64,000 bases of DNA, from assembly GCA_002069525.1 (NCBI GenBank), contig MWBJ01000001.1, positions 21,896 through 85,895 on the forward strand, written 5' to 3'. The notes beneath the pieces were generated by a model, which worked only from the letters and a program-made list of their open reading frames with translations, made no database searches and was not told the origin of the DNA. This DNA is from Parcubacteria group bacterium ADurb.Bin305 (lineage in GTDB: Bacteria; Patescibacteriota; Minisyncoccia; UBA6257). Shown piece by piece: positions 1-12,560 of this stretch. Position numbers and translations under genes: made by a program. Position 1 is the first letter of the stretch. Every line of letters starts with the position of its first letter.

Positions 1-118
1 AATCTAATTAATCTGTACTTTTTCAGATTAATTTAATTTTATTATACTATAGCTTTTAAGAATAATCAAATTTTAGCTAAGACAGAATTAAAGCCAACCT
101 TTGATTGGTGGGCTTAAT

Positions 119-156
119 AAAAAAGGTCAGTAAATATCTGTTTACTGACCTTTATT
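119..156 (-). terminator. Rho-independent terminator candidate downstream of the 508-aa secreted-protein gene
   Basis: Perfect 13-bp inverted repeat aaaggtcagtaaa / tttactgaccttt with a 6-nt loop, followed on the minus-strand transcript by a U-rich tract (UUUAUUAAG). Confidence 0.5.
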
Positions 157-185
157 GTTCAATTTATCTAGTATCTCTAGATAAA

Positions 186-1712
186 TTAAATTATTAATTT
201 TATTTTGATCTTGATTAATTTTCTATCAGGATCGTTGGTTTCTAAAACCAATAATCCGGTTTGAGTCTGAGGGGCTATGAGATATTCTACGTCGTTGAGA
301 GTTAAAGTAATCACTGTTTCTTTATTGGGCTTGATAGTCCCACTAATTTTATTGGTTTTAATAAACTTAGGAATTTCTAAGATTTTCCATTGAAGATCCA
401 ATTGACCTACATTTTTCAAGGTCAATTCATAACTGTTTTTCTTTCCCAGAACTATGAGTAAGTTCCTGTCTACTGTCTCTGGCTTTAAAACCAATTGGGG
501 ATGAGGAAAGTCTGCTAGTTCTGACAGAGTGACAGAAGGGTCACCGTAAATTTCTAACGATAAGACGGAATATTTATACTGATGACTGTATTCTGTATCG
601 AACCCTTGGTACAGCTCTGGTAATTTAGAATGTATAAACTTACCAATAGTATCTTGGGGCAAATCAGATGAACAAAGACAAACCGCTCTAAGAATATTCA
701 ACCCGCTACTCATTATAGCAGCTTTTTTCCCAACCTCAAAAGGTAATTGAGTAATTCTGTTATCTATCTTCGGAACAATCGTGATGATGGAATTTTGAGC
801 TACTGTATCAATGTATTGATCAGAATCTAAATAAACTAAAACAAAGGCAATTCTGTTTTGTTTTTGGATTTCATCAGCTGGAACCAACGGAGTAATCTCA
901 ATTTCCTCGTCACAATCAGCATAAGAGTCTTTATCTAGATCTTCCCTCCAAATAATCCGCTGAGGCGAAGAAAAATAATGATATGGAATAATATTATTCT
1001 TTTGATCTGCGGGAAATTGGAGTTTTCCTGATTCTAAAAAAACTAAATGACTTTGATTAAAAATTTTTGTACTCTCGTTAAGTACAAAATCTGGCTGAGG
1101 TTGTTCCTCAAACCCATTTCCATCAGGACCTAGACCTTCGGTTTCATACAAGGCGGAAAACTGAATTCCCTGTTTGTGTAGGGCTGATTTTATTCTTTCT
1201 CCTTCCTCTGTAGGATTATACCCTTTCAAGTGCCATTTTTTACCTTCCCAAGACCCTAAATATTGCCTAAACTGACAAATAGGGAAAATTCCACTGGTAA
1301 TTATTTTCTTCGCTTTTTCTTTGACAACTGGCACAGAAATCTCAAAAGGCCATCTACCTATAGGCAAATCGTCGACAAAAAAATCAGTATTCAATCGCGC
1401 TTGATAACCGTACTCTGGAAAATCTATGGTCTCTGTTCTAGGTTTTAAATTACCCATAAACAGTACGTACTCCAAATTAGAAATAGAGTTGAAGTATTTA
1501 GTAAGTGCAGTAGGGTCATTGGGAATTTTTAAGTCAATAAGGGATTCAATTTTGAAACTAAACTGATGCTGTTTTTTATTAATCAGATCTTGTACTAATT
1601 CTGACTTCACCTCTTTTTCAAAAAGAACTAGATAAACAGGCTTGGTCTCAGCCCTAACTAAAGGGTTAATTAAAAACAACAAAACAATCAAAATTAAAAT
1701 TTTTTCTTTCAT
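186..1712 (-). CDS. hypothetical secreted protein (N-terminal signal peptide, 508 aa)
   Basis: Long ORF. N-terminus MKEKILILIVLLFLINPLVRA-ETKP fits a signal peptide with an AxA-like cleavage site. No family recognised by eye. Confidence 0.5.
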   Translation of the reverse strand: MKEKILILIVLLFLINPLVRAETKPVYLVLFEKEVKSELVQDLINKKQHQFSFKIESLIDLKIPNDPTALTKYFNSISNLEYVLFMGNLKPRTETIDFPEYGYQARLNTDFFVDDLPIGRWPFEISVPVVKEKAKKIITSGIFPICQFRQYLGSWEGKKWHLKGYNPTEEGERIKSALHKQGIQFSALYETEGLGPDGNGFEEQPQPDFVLNESTKIFNQSHLVFLESGKLQFPADQKNNIIPYHYFSSPQRIIWREDLDKDSYADCDEEIEITPLVPADEIQKQNRIAFVLVYLDSDQYIDTVAQNSIITIVPKIDNRITQLPFEVGKKAAIMSSGLNILRAVCLCSSDLPQDTIGKFIHSKLPELYQGFDTEYSHQYKYSVLSLEIYGDPSVTLSELADFPHPQLVLKPETVDRNLLIVLGKKNSYELTLKNVGQLDLQWKILEIPKFIKTNKISGTIKPNKETVITLTLNDVEYLIAPQTQTGLLVLETNDPDRKLIKIKIKLII

Positions 1713-1847
1713 TTTACCTCCTTTTACCTCCTTTTTATTGTTAAAATACTAAATATAGTATAACAAAATATCCCAGCAGTGTCAAACTAAAATAGCGGAA
1801 GGAAATCCGCTATTTTATTAACTTCTAAACTTATAAATGGTATTCAA

Positions 1848-3284
1848 TTAGAAACTGCCGGGATTAATTTCTCTCCAATTAAACATAGGGAAGATTTTAA
1901 TATTAATATCTTTAGCAACATAATTACCACTGGTTCCCCAACACTCAATCTTATAAGTGTAATTAACAGGACTGCTAACTCTGGGAAACCTAAAAGCATA
2001 CTCCTTATTAAATGGTTTATCTACATTGCCTTGCAGCTCAGAATTTAAACCGCAATTATCAGGCACGCACGACAATTCACAACGTTCACAATCTGTATCG
2101 CTATTAGTTTGAAAAATTAATTTAGTAGGTACTCCGGAAATATTAATTAAAGGATTTCTAATAGTATTATCTTGGCCATTAAAAGAAAAATCATTAATGG
2201 TGCAAATACCAGAAACAATAGGAGGAATTGTATCATCTCCAGAATCATCATCTCCTAAATCATCTCCTAAACCATCATCTTCAGAGCCATCATCGCCTAA
2301 ATCATCATCTACAGGTGGCTGAGTTACAAAACAATTATTAAAACACGCCTCAACATCAGTGTACAAACCTGATGAGTCTTGGTAGCACATTCCGAATTCA
2401 GAATCACAAGAAAAAGATACCTCGCAATCATTATCTAAATCGCAAGTATCAGGACCTTCTCCTAAGACTTCAAGGCAACGAAAGTTGTCACACATTCTAT
2501 GCTTTTGAATACCGCAATCTTCATCACTAGCACATTCATCTATCCCGCACGCCTCAGGTATAAGAATACACTGATTGCCTTGGCATTGAGTATAAGGAGC
2601 ATAAGTATAACCATAAGAAAAATCATAACCATTACCGGGTAGTGGAATTTCTATAGGTAGAATAGTTTCAGCCATAGCGTGAGATACAAAAGGCTGGATA
2701 AGACGAGAAAGCCCTTGGGGTATAAAAGGTAATTCCAGATTTTCACCTGCGCCCGGAAGAATAATAGTAGTATCACCATCTTCTATAATGCCTTCGGGGT
2801 CGATCTCTCCACCCCCGGGAAGAGTAGGCGTACTAGAATAATTCGGATTATCAGGATCCGGATCAGTCCATCCCGTCAGATTCACACGAGGCTCAGTAGT
2901 AGGGGCAGTAAGGTCAACCCCACCACCTCCCCCACCGATAGTAGTTATCAAAGGCCAAGGTGAAGGTATAGGAGGAATAATAGGCATAGGACCGGGCGAA
3001 GAAACAGGGGGCAGGGTAAGACCGGGCTCAACTGTAAGAGGAGGTTCGGAAACAGTAGGAGGTTGAATCGCACCCTCACAATCGCTATCTGACAAACATT
3101 GATCAGGTCCAATACCATCAACTATAACACATATATTATCTAAACATTCTGAATGAGCGCAAAGCATTCTCTCAGACTCATTAAAGGTAACAAGAGAGGC
3201 GGCTTTAGAAAATAAAACAGGCACTGTGGATAAGAAATAAATAGCTAAAAGAGTTAGCAGAAACGGCAAAATTTTCTTAATCAT
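1848..3284 (-). CDS. secreted modular Cys-rich protein with Pro-rich linker, Gly run and poly-acidic (D/G) tract
   Basis: Signal-peptide-like N-terminus. About four modules of the pattern C-x4-C-x5-7-C-x3-C-x-[SL]D-x-DC (examples CQGNQCILIPEACGIDECASDEDCG and CDNFRCLEVLGEGPDTCDLDNDCE). Also a PPxxPP-rich segment, a GGGGGG run and an acidic tract DDDLGDDGSEDDGLGDDLGDDDSGDD. Confidence 0.5.
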   Translation of the reverse strand: MIKKILPFLLTLLAIYFLSTVPVLFSKAASLVTFNESERMLCAHSECLDNICVIVDGIGPDQCLSDSDCEGAIQPPTVSEPPLTVEPGLTLPPVSSPGPMPIIPPIPSPWPLITTIGGGGGGVDLTAPTTEPRVNLTGWTDPDPDNPNYSSTPTLPGGGEIDPEGIIEDGDTTIILPGAGENLELPFIPQGLSRLIQPFVSHAMAETILPIEIPLPGNGYDFSYGYTYAPYTQCQGNQCILIPEACGIDECASDEDCGIQKHRMCDNFRCLEVLGEGPDTCDLDNDCEVSFSCDSEFGMCYQDSSGLYTDVEACFNNCFVTQPPVDDDLGDDGSEDDGLGDDLGDDDSGDDTIPPIVSGICTINDFSFNGQDNTIRNPLINISGVPTKLIFQTNSDTDCERCELSCVPDNCGLNSELQGNVDKPFNKEYAFRFPRVSSPVNYTYKIECWGTSGNYVAKDINIKIFPMFNWREINPGSF

Positions 3285-3305
3285 AAGATTTAATTAATTA
3301 TTGAT

Positions 3306-4127
3306 TTAGTGAAAAATTCCAATCACAGTGGCGGAGATAGGGGTAATTTTTCCTTGGGCCAAGAAAGAGTCAAAATCAGCTTTGTTGTTGACCTGAGGCA
3401 TTAGATCTTTGGGTAGATAATAATTTTTCATCATTAAGAGCTTGTTTTGACAAGTATCGCCCCACAAACCGGCAAAGCTAATCACTTCGGCCTGTTCTAA
3501 GTTGAGGTTGTAAGAACAAATTAATCCTTGATCATAAAACTTTAATTTTAAAGGGGTAATTAAAGTAAATTCCCCTGGTAAAGGATAAATTTCGTAACAA
3601 ACAGCGTAAGTATTAGGAATTTGTTGAGCAATTTTTTGTTGTCTCAAATGAGTACCATCATTAATATGCCTTAATTCCATTAATTGTTTGGAAGGATCTT
3701 TAGTGATAATAAATGGCAAATTCGTTTTAATAGGGTAAAGAGAAATTGATTGATTTACCAAAGATTGAGCGCTAGCACCTAAGAAAGATTCTAGTTCAGC
3801 TTGGTGGTCGTTAAAGCTAATGACAATATTTTGATTTCTTGATCTAACAGGCACCCAGAAAGTATTACCTGAGGAGGTCTTCATTTTGGTTATCTGGCGA
3901 TAGGATTCTGTGCCTAAACCGCTAGAAAAAACTTCATTCGGAAGAGGCACTAAACCAGAATCTTGAAGTAAGCGTTGAGGGGTAACATTATAAACCAACT
4001 CTTCTAAACGAGGGACTGAAGTTACTTTCGGAGTTTTTTTCTGGTAGTTAAGGATAAGCCCGATAACTCCCACTGCTAAAATAACCCCGATTAAGAGATA
4101 AATTTGTTTTTTGCTGGGTTTAGCCAT
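3306..4127 (-). CDS. hypothetical membrane-anchored protein (single N-terminal TM)
   Basis: ORF with N-terminal hydrophobic helix IYLLIGVILAVGVIGLIL. Lies 21 bp upstream of the Cys-rich secreted protein gene, so likely in the same operon. Confidence 0.45.
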   Translation of the reverse strand: MAKPSKKQIYLLIGVILAVGVIGLILNYQKKTPKVTSVPRLEELVYNVTPQRLLQDSGLVPLPNEVFSSGLGTESYRQITKMKTSSGNTFWVPVRSRNQNIVISFNDHQAELESFLGASAQSLVNQSISLYPIKTNLPFIITKDPSKQLMELRHINDGTHLRQQKIAQQIPNTYAVCYEIYPLPGEFTLITPLKLKFYDQGLICSYNLNLEQAEVISFAGLWGDTCQNKLLMMKNYYLPKDLMPQVNNKADFDSFLAQGKITPISATVIGIFH

Positions 4128-4354
4128 AAAGTTAATTAATTAAAAATTAATTTAAAGAATCTAAATGAAATCTCAAAAACTGACTTGGAGTCATAATTGG
4201 TCTTAGTGCTAAATTACTTTAATTATAACCTTAATAAAATATTAGTCAAGGGTTGATATTAGTCATTCCAAGCTATAAAAAAGCCAACCAAATCCCTCTA
4301 CCTCGCCCTAAAACTGTCTCAAGTTGCCCTAATCAAGAAAAGGGTGATAAAAAA

Positions 4355-5650
4355 TTAATTTATAAAACTCCCTAATAGTTTTTTTATTTTTTGATCTTCT
4401 TTAATAGGACCTAATAGGGCTAAATTTAAAAATTGCGGTTTAATTAACTCCTTGGCTAATTTTTTTACCTCACTGAACCTGACATCTTTAATTTTCTTCA
4501 GATGCTCTTCTAAGCTAATAATTTGATTTTTTAGCAACGCTTGCGAAGCATAATCTGCCGCTACAGCATGAACATTTTCCGAAGATAGAGATAATCTTCC
4601 AATTAAGCAATTTTTAGCTTTTTTGACCTCAGCTTCATCCAGCCGGCTAATCTTAAAAGATTGAAATTCTTTTAAGATATGAGATATAGCTTCTAATACT
4701 CGGCCATTATTTACACCAGCGCTTACTGCCCACCAGCCAGTGTCTGTTTTTAAAGAGAACCAAGAATTAACATAATAAGCTAAACCCAATTTTTCTCTCA
4801 ACAATTGAAAAAGACGACTTGACATTCCTGCGTCTAACACAGCATTTAAAACTTCTAAAGCATACTGACGGGGATCAAAGGTATTGAATGCTCGAAAACC
4901 TAACCAAAGATGAGTTTGTTCAGTGGATTTTTTTTGGATCAACAAATTAGGTTTAATTTGTTTTTCTCTAGTTTTTAATTTTGGCTTACCTTGCCCCAAA
5001 GGAATATTGTGAAAATATTTTTTTACTAAAGCTAAGGCTTTTGTTTCTGAAGAAGGCAATTTACCGCTAAGGGCCACCAACACGGACTGGCTTCTAAATT
5101 GAGATTGCCAATATTGTTGTAGGTCATCTCGAGACAATCGGGCTACTGTTTCCTTACTGCCTCCAATAGGCCAACCAGCTGGTTGATTGCCGTACAATAA
5201 TTTTTCCCATAACTCATAAGCTGTAACTCGAGGATCATCAGCTAACATATTTATTTCTTCTATAATTACGCCTTTTTCTTTTTCTAATTCTTTTTCTGGC
5301 AATAAAGGATGAAGTAATATGTCAGAGGAAACATCCAAAGCCAAATCGGTATAATCTGCGCCTAGTTGAATAAATAAACCTGTTATTTCCCTATCCGTGT
5401 AAGCATTATAATAACCACCAACACTATCAATCTCAGTAGCAATTTTAAAAGTAGAAGGCCGCTTAGGGGTTCCTTTAAAATACATATGCTCTAAAAGATG
5501 GGAAATGCCATTCTGTTCTTTGATTTCAAAATCAGCTCCAGTATTTATTAAAACCAAAACCTTAAATGACAAAACCTCTTTTGAGGGTAATAATAATACC
5601 CGTAAACCATTAGAAAGATTTGTAAAATAAAATTTCCCTGCCTTTAACAT
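4355..5650 (-). CDS. M16 family (pitrilysin/insulinase-like) zinc peptidase
   Basis: Inverted zinc-binding motif HxxEH present as GISHLLEHMYFKGT near the N-terminus. Size of 431 aa is typical of the M16B family. Confidence 0.75.
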   Translation of the reverse strand: MLKAGKFYFTNLSNGLRVLLLPSKEVLSFKVLVLINTGADFEIKEQNGISHLLEHMYFKGTPKRPSTFKIATEIDSVGGYYNAYTDREITGLFIQLGADYTDLALDVSSDILLHPLLPEKELEKEKGVIIEEINMLADDPRVTAYELWEKLLYGNQPAGWPIGGSKETVARLSRDDLQQYWQSQFRSQSVLVALSGKLPSSETKALALVKKYFHNIPLGQGKPKLKTREKQIKPNLLIQKKSTEQTHLWLGFRAFNTFDPRQYALEVLNAVLDAGMSSRLFQLLREKLGLAYYVNSWFSLKTDTGWWAVSAGVNNGRVLEAISHILKEFQSFKISRLDEAEVKKAKNCLIGRLSLSSENVHAVAADYASQALLKNQIISLEEHLKKIKDVRFSEVKKLAKELIKPQFLNLALLGPIKEDQKIKKLLGSFIN

Positions 5651-5690
5651 AAAATTAAATTAATAGCTTTATATGAGGTCACCAGTTAAT

Positions 5691-7043
5691 TTAAGAATTA
5701 AACATTTGGGATAACCAACCTATAATTTCTGGGATTTTTACTCTGACTTGATTCATAGAGTCTCGCTCTCTAATAGTTAAACTGTCATCTTCTAAGGTTT
5801 GGTAATCAATCGTTAAACAAAAAGGCGTACCTATTTCATCTTGCCGACGATAGCGCCTTCCGATAGAACCAGTAACATCATAATCGCAAGTAAAAGATGA
5901 TTTTATTAAATTAAAAACTTCTCGAGATTTTTTAACTATTTTTTCATTGTTTCTTACTAAAGGAAAAACGGCTACTTTAATGGGCGCCAATTTGGAATTC
6001 AATTTTAAGACCACTCTCAAGTCCCCATTCTCATCATGTTCTTCTGCATAAGCGTCTAATAAAATAGCTAAAAAGGCCCGCTCCACCCCAACTGACGGTT
6101 CTATAACGTAAGGAAAATATTTTTCACCTGATTTCTCGTCAAAATAGCTTAAATCTTGACCAGAAAACTGGCTATGATTTTTTAAATCAAAATCCCCCCG
6201 ATTAGCAATACCTTCTAACTCTGACCAGCCAAAAGGAAATTGATACTCAATATCTACGCACTTTTTGGCATAATGAGCTAGTTCTTCTAAGTTATGTTCG
6301 CGTTCTCTTAAATGATCTCTCTTGAGACCTAAAGAATCATACCAAGTTAATCGTTCTGTCTGCCAATAGTTAAACCACGAATCAGCTTCTTGGGGATTAA
6401 CAAAATATTCTAACTCCATTTGTTCAAATTCGCGAGTTCTAAAAATAAAATTACCGGGGGTAATTTCATTGCGAAAAACTTTACCTATTTGCGCAATGCC
6501 TAAAGGTAACTTACCCCTCATCGCTGTAAGAATATTTTTGAAATTAATAAAAATACCTTGGGCTGTTTCCGGTCTCAAAAATACTGCATTAGCTGACTCT
6601 TCAGTAGCTCCTAAAAATGTTTTAAACATTAAATTAAATTTTTTTTCAGAAGTAAGTTCTCCCCCGCATAAAGGACAAGATAATCGATCCTGCTTTTTTT
6701 CTGGATCTGCTGGGCTAACCGGCAAAGAATCTAACCTAAAACGATTATGACATTGCTTACATTCTACCAAAGGATCGTAAAAGTTTTGTAAATGACCTGA
6801 AGCTTCCCACACTTTAGAATTCATTAAAATAGAGCTGTCTAAACCTACTATCTCTTCCCGCTGAAAAACTATGTTTTTCCACCATAATTTTTTTATATTG
6901 TTTTTTAATTCTACGCCTAAAGGTCCAAAATCCCAACTATTAGCTAACCCTCCATAAATTTCTGAACCGGGAAAAATAAAACCTCGCCTTTTGCATAAGG
7001 AAATAATTTTATCCATTAAATTGAAGGAAGAATCATTGGTCAT
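5691..7043 (-). CDS. glyQS: glycine--tRNA ligase (alpha2 dimer type)
   Basis: N-terminal MDKIISLCKRRGFIFPGSEIYGGLANSWDFGPLGVELKNNIKKLWW is the conserved GlyRS class II signature. Size of 450 aa matches GlyQS. Confidence 0.9.
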   Translation of the reverse strand: MTNDSSFNLMDKIISLCKRRGFIFPGSEIYGGLANSWDFGPLGVELKNNIKKLWWKNIVFQREEIVGLDSSILMNSKVWEASGHLQNFYDPLVECKQCHNRFRLDSLPVSPADPEKKQDRLSCPLCGGELTSEKKFNLMFKTFLGATEESANAVFLRPETAQGIFINFKNILTAMRGKLPLGIAQIGKVFRNEITPGNFIFRTREFEQMELEYFVNPQEADSWFNYWQTERLTWYDSLGLKRDHLREREHNLEELAHYAKKCVDIEYQFPFGWSELEGIANRGDFDLKNHSQFSGQDLSYFDEKSGEKYFPYVIEPSVGVERAFLAILLDAYAEEHDENGDLRVVLKLNSKLAPIKVAVFPLVRNNEKIVKKSREVFNLIKSSFTCDYDVTGSIGRRYRRQDEIGTPFCLTIDYQTLEDDSLTIRERDSMNQVRVKIPEIIGWLSQMFNS

Positions 7044-7269
7044 TAATAAAGTTTAACTAAAAATTACGATAAAAGCAAGAGTTCTCTTAGAAAACATCAA
7101 GAATTAAAAAGAAAATTTTGAAAGACAGAATACGTCCTAAATTCAAAATTAAAGTTAATACCAGAACCAAAAAAGACAAGCTCCTTACCAACAAGACTGC
7201 CCACAAAAACGAAGATTTAATGCTTAATTTAAAATCCTTGAAAACTAAAAATACAATTTTGGCCTAATT

Positions 7270-9390
<2,121 letters not shown>

Positions 9391-9430
9391 CTAGCAAAAA
9401 GCCAATTAAATAAGCATTGGATAGTGCAAA

Positions 9431-9775
9431 TTACTCACCAATCCAAATTTCTAATCCCCTTCTAATAGTACCGGAAATTCCAATAGTCTCCATAGTGCCT
9501 AAAGTATCTAACTCATTAACCCATTCGCATGAAGTATTATTAAGCATTTCCGGTTTTTCTTGAATAACTCCGCTGATATTCTGGTAAATCAGCCACTCCA
9601 TACAGGCATCAGCCGCATAAAAAGCCTTGACTGACTCTGGGGTTTCTGTGGCCTGATGCAAACTTTTAGTAAAAATAGTGGCTAAAATAACAGCCAAAAT
9701 TAAAATAGAACTTAATAACAACAAACTTAAAAGAAAAATTTGACCCGAGGATGTTTGCTTAAATGTTAACAACAT
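9431..9775 (-). CDS. small hypothetical membrane protein at the distal end of the pilus gene block
   Basis: 114-aa ORF with a single N-terminal hydrophobic helix. Lacks a canonical GFTLxE prepilin motif. Confidence 0.35.
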   Translation of the reverse strand: MLLTFKQTSSGQIFLLSLLLLSSILILAVILATIFTKSLHQATETPESVKAFYAADACMEWLIYQNISGVIQEKPEMLNNTSCEWVNELDTLGTMETIGISGTIRRGLEIWIGE

Positions 9776-9836
9776 TGTTTTTTCTAAATTTTTGCCTAAA
9801 ATTTAAGCGAAATAAATGAGTAGGCTTAACACCTTC

Positions 9837-10373
9837 TTAAAAGGAAGAGAAAAATAGATGCACATTTCTAGGAGTCACAGCGGTTTCTGCTCTAAAATTA
9901 TAAGCTTCTTCCCTCACAGTCGTTTTAGCCTCCAATAAAATAATAATGCTTATTTGTGAGTTGCCACCCCCACCTTGTAATCTAAATTTGGCCTCTGTAA
10001 CCTCGACGGTTGGATCAAATAGAGCTTCGGGTAAACTGCCACCAATCTCTTGGAATATATTGTTATCTTTAAATTCATAACAAGTGTCTTGCCAAATATT
10101 ATCTACCCAATATTTAAAACAAATTTTTTTAGTATCTAAAATTTCAAAATCTTTTCCCATTCTAATGGCTCGCGCTATAATTTCTAAATTATTGCGGATA
10201 TTATTGTCAGCATTCAAAATGCTATAAGCAACTTTTTCTGCCCTAGTAGTGCTAATATAGATTTGACTTAGAACGATAACAGTCATCATAAAAATACCGG
10301 TAGCTACCAGCACCTCTACTAACGTAAAACCTTTTAAAACATTATTTTTATGACTGTTATAGCGCATAAACAT
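9837..10373 (-). CDS. prepilin-type N-terminal cleavage/methylation domain protein (pseudopilin)
   Basis: KGFTLVEVLVATGIFMM motif (G-F-T-L-x-E followed by a hydrophobic helix). Confidence 0.6.
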   Translation of the reverse strand: MFMRYNSHKNNVLKGFTLVEVLVATGIFMMTVIVLSQIYISTTRAEKVAYSILNADNNIRNNLEIIARAIRMGKDFEILDTKKICFKYWVDNIWQDTCYEFKDNNIFQEIGGSLPEALFDPTVEVTEAKFRLQGGGGNSQISIIILLEAKTTVREEAYNFRAETAVTPRNVHLFFSSF

Positions 10374-10413
10374 TATATCTAAACATTACTCTTATTTATT
10401 AAAATTACTTAAA

Positions 10414-10989
10414 TTAAAAATTAAAATAATTAAATAAATGATCTTCAACAACTAATTGGTAATCAGTGTTTTTAGTACGCCACTTCATAATTATTTCGAC
10501 TCTTATTTCATTTTGTTTTAGAAGATCGGGATGGACTGGATCACGAGTAGCTATATTAGTAATTTTAATTATTCTCTTAAAGGTAGTATCATCCCCTCGA
10601 GCATAATTAAAAAGTTTATCATTGGTATCATATTTTAGAGGACGCGCTGCTTCTTCATTCATTAAAGGAATTAAATAAGGAGTTTCTTCAGTAACCATAG
10701 CTTGAATTTCATACACTCCCTCATTTAACCCATTATTCCAGCTGATAGGCTCGCTGTTATTAAAAATCCTTAACAAGTTAGTATCTCGAATGTTTCTGAC
10801 TAACTCCAGACCCTCTTGCGCTAAAAAACTAGCCGTTAACCTATCGCTAATATTAGTAACAGAATATAAAACCCTATTAACTACCAAAAAACTTGATAAA
10901 ATCCCTACTATTAAAATAGAAATAGCCACTAAAGCTTCTATTAAGGTAAAACCTCTGGTTGAAGAAGATAAAATTTGCTTTACTCTCAT
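10414..10989 (-). CDS. prepilin-type N-terminal cleavage/methylation domain protein (pseudopilin)
   Basis: RGFTLIEALVAISILIVG motif. Confidence 0.6.
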   Translation of the reverse strand: MRVKQILSSSTRGFTLIEALVAISILIVGILSSFLVVNRVLYSVTNISDRLTASFLAQEGLELVRNIRDTNLLRIFNNSEPISWNNGLNEGVYEIQAMVTEETPYLIPLMNEEAARPLKYDTNDKLFNYARGDDTTFKRIIKITNIATRDPVHPDLLKQNEIRVEIIMKWRTKNTDYQLVVEDHLFNYFNF

Positions 10990-10994
10990 AAATT

Positions 10995-11600
10995 CTAATC
11001 CGTTATCAAATTTTTATAGACCTGCCCACTTTTTGAGACTGTAATTTTATAGTAAGGAATATCAACGCCCTCTAGTTTTAAAATTAGAACTGCTTGGTTA
11101 TTATCTCCGCTTAAAGCAGGGAAAAATACTACCCGCGGTTCTGGTGGGACATAACAAATACTATTTATATTTTTGTAAGATAGTTCTACTCCTTTTAAAA
11201 AAGAAATTTTTTCTACTGCCTCTCCTTCGTTGTAATGGTAATTGCCTTCTTTGGTAACAACGTTGCATAAATCTTTAAATATAATTATCTCGGTTTGCGG
11301 GACATCTTCTCCAAAATATACCCCCCAACCACAAATATTTTCTCCGGATTCGCTCAAAGTAGACATAGCTGAATGTTGCGCCCCTTGAAGCTCAAAAACA
11401 ATCCTAGTAGCCATTCGAGTGAGTAAAGATGTATTTTCTGCCTGTCGTGAATAACCTAAAATCATAGTACTTAAAAGAGTAATAATAGTTATGGTCACCA
11501 ACATTTCGATGATAGTAAAGCCAGCGTTCTGCTTAAACATTCCCAACTGTTTTACTCGCTGTTTTTGTGTAACTATTATCTTGTTATGGCCTAATTTCAT
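10995..11600 (-). CDS. prepilin-type N-terminal cleavage/methylation domain protein (pseudopilin)
   Basis: AGFTIIEMLVTITIITLL motif. Confidence 0.6.
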   Translation of the reverse strand: MKLGHNKIIVTQKQRVKQLGMFKQNAGFTIIEMLVTITIITLLSTMILGYSRQAENTSLLTRMATRIVFELQGAQHSAMSTLSESGENICGWGVYFGEDVPQTEIIIFKDLCNVVTKEGNYHYNEGEAVEKISFLKGVELSYKNINSICYVPPEPRVVFFPALSGDNNQAVLILKLEGVDIPYYKITVSKSGQVYKNLITD

Positions 11601-11623
11601 AATTCTTAACTTATAGCTTTACT

Positions 11624-12550
11624 TTAACTATATAAATACATCATGAAAGTATAAAAACCATTATGCATTAAATCTGAACATAAAAGCACCGCCAAAGCGC
11701 TAAAAGATAAAATCGGCACAAAAGGTAAATAACTTTTCAAAGTTTTTTTCTTACTTAAAATTAAAATTATACCAATAAGCCCCCCTAATAAAGCGCTGAT
11801 TAAATAAGCTACAAGAGCATTATTCCAGCCCAAAATAACCCCTATAAAAAGAATTACTAAAGCATCCCCCCAACCAAAATACTTTTCTTTAGTCAACCAA
11901 ATAAATAAAGCGCAAAGGCCAAAAGGAATAATAGTAGCTGCCAATAAAGACCAAGGAGCATAACTTATAAACCACGGCCGCACCATTTCGATTTCGCCTA
12001 AGGTATAAACTCTAGGCAATAAGGTCCATTTCTGATTACCAAAACGTGCTGTATTCCCAACCAAGAATGATAAAATTAATCGCCAGATAAAACTTAGACC
12101 AATAGCAGGAATTAAAACATTATTAAGCACTAAATATTTTTTAAGGTCATAAACCGAGATAATTATAAAAACACATACCCAATAAAACCAAAAACCAACA
12201 TTAATAAAAATCAATACCCTCTCCAAGATTGAAGTCGCCGGAGTCCAAAGTAGATATAAGGCATAGATCCTTCTAAATCTCCAGTATACTAACACGAACA
12301 AAATACCGGTAATTAATTCGACCAAAGGATACTGAGAAGAAATTTTTTTGTGGCAATGACTGCACCGGCCTTTTAAAATAATAAAACTCAACAAAGGAAT
12401 TAATTCCCACCAGCTTAATTTAGCTTGACACTGAGGGCAATGAGACCGACCTGAGAAAGCTGACTCCTCGGTGTCAGCCCTCATAATAATTGTGTTCAAG
12501 AAGCTGCCTATAATAGTGCCGATTATGAAAAAGAAAATATACCACCACAT
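11624..12550 (-). CDS. pilD: prepilin peptidase (A24 family)
   Basis: N-terminal tetracysteine CPQC..CSHC typical of PilD. Polytopic membrane protein with a conserved GWGD Asp box. Confidence 0.8.
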   Translation of the reverse strand: MWWYIFFFIIGTIIGSFLNTIIMRADTEESAFSGRSHCPQCQAKLSWWELIPLLSFIILKGRCSHCHKKISSQYPLVELITGILFVLVYWRFRRIYALYLLWTPATSILERVLIFINVGFWFYWVCVFIIISVYDLKKYLVLNNVLIPAIGLSFIWRLILSFLVGNTARFGNQKWTLLPRVYTLGEIEMVRPWFISYAPWSLLAATIIPFGLCALFIWLTKEKYFGWGDALVILFIGVILGWNNALVAYLISALLGGLIGIILILSKKKTLKSYLPFVPILSFSALAVLLCSDLMHNGFYTFMMYLYS

Positions 12551-12560
12551 AATAATTTAT

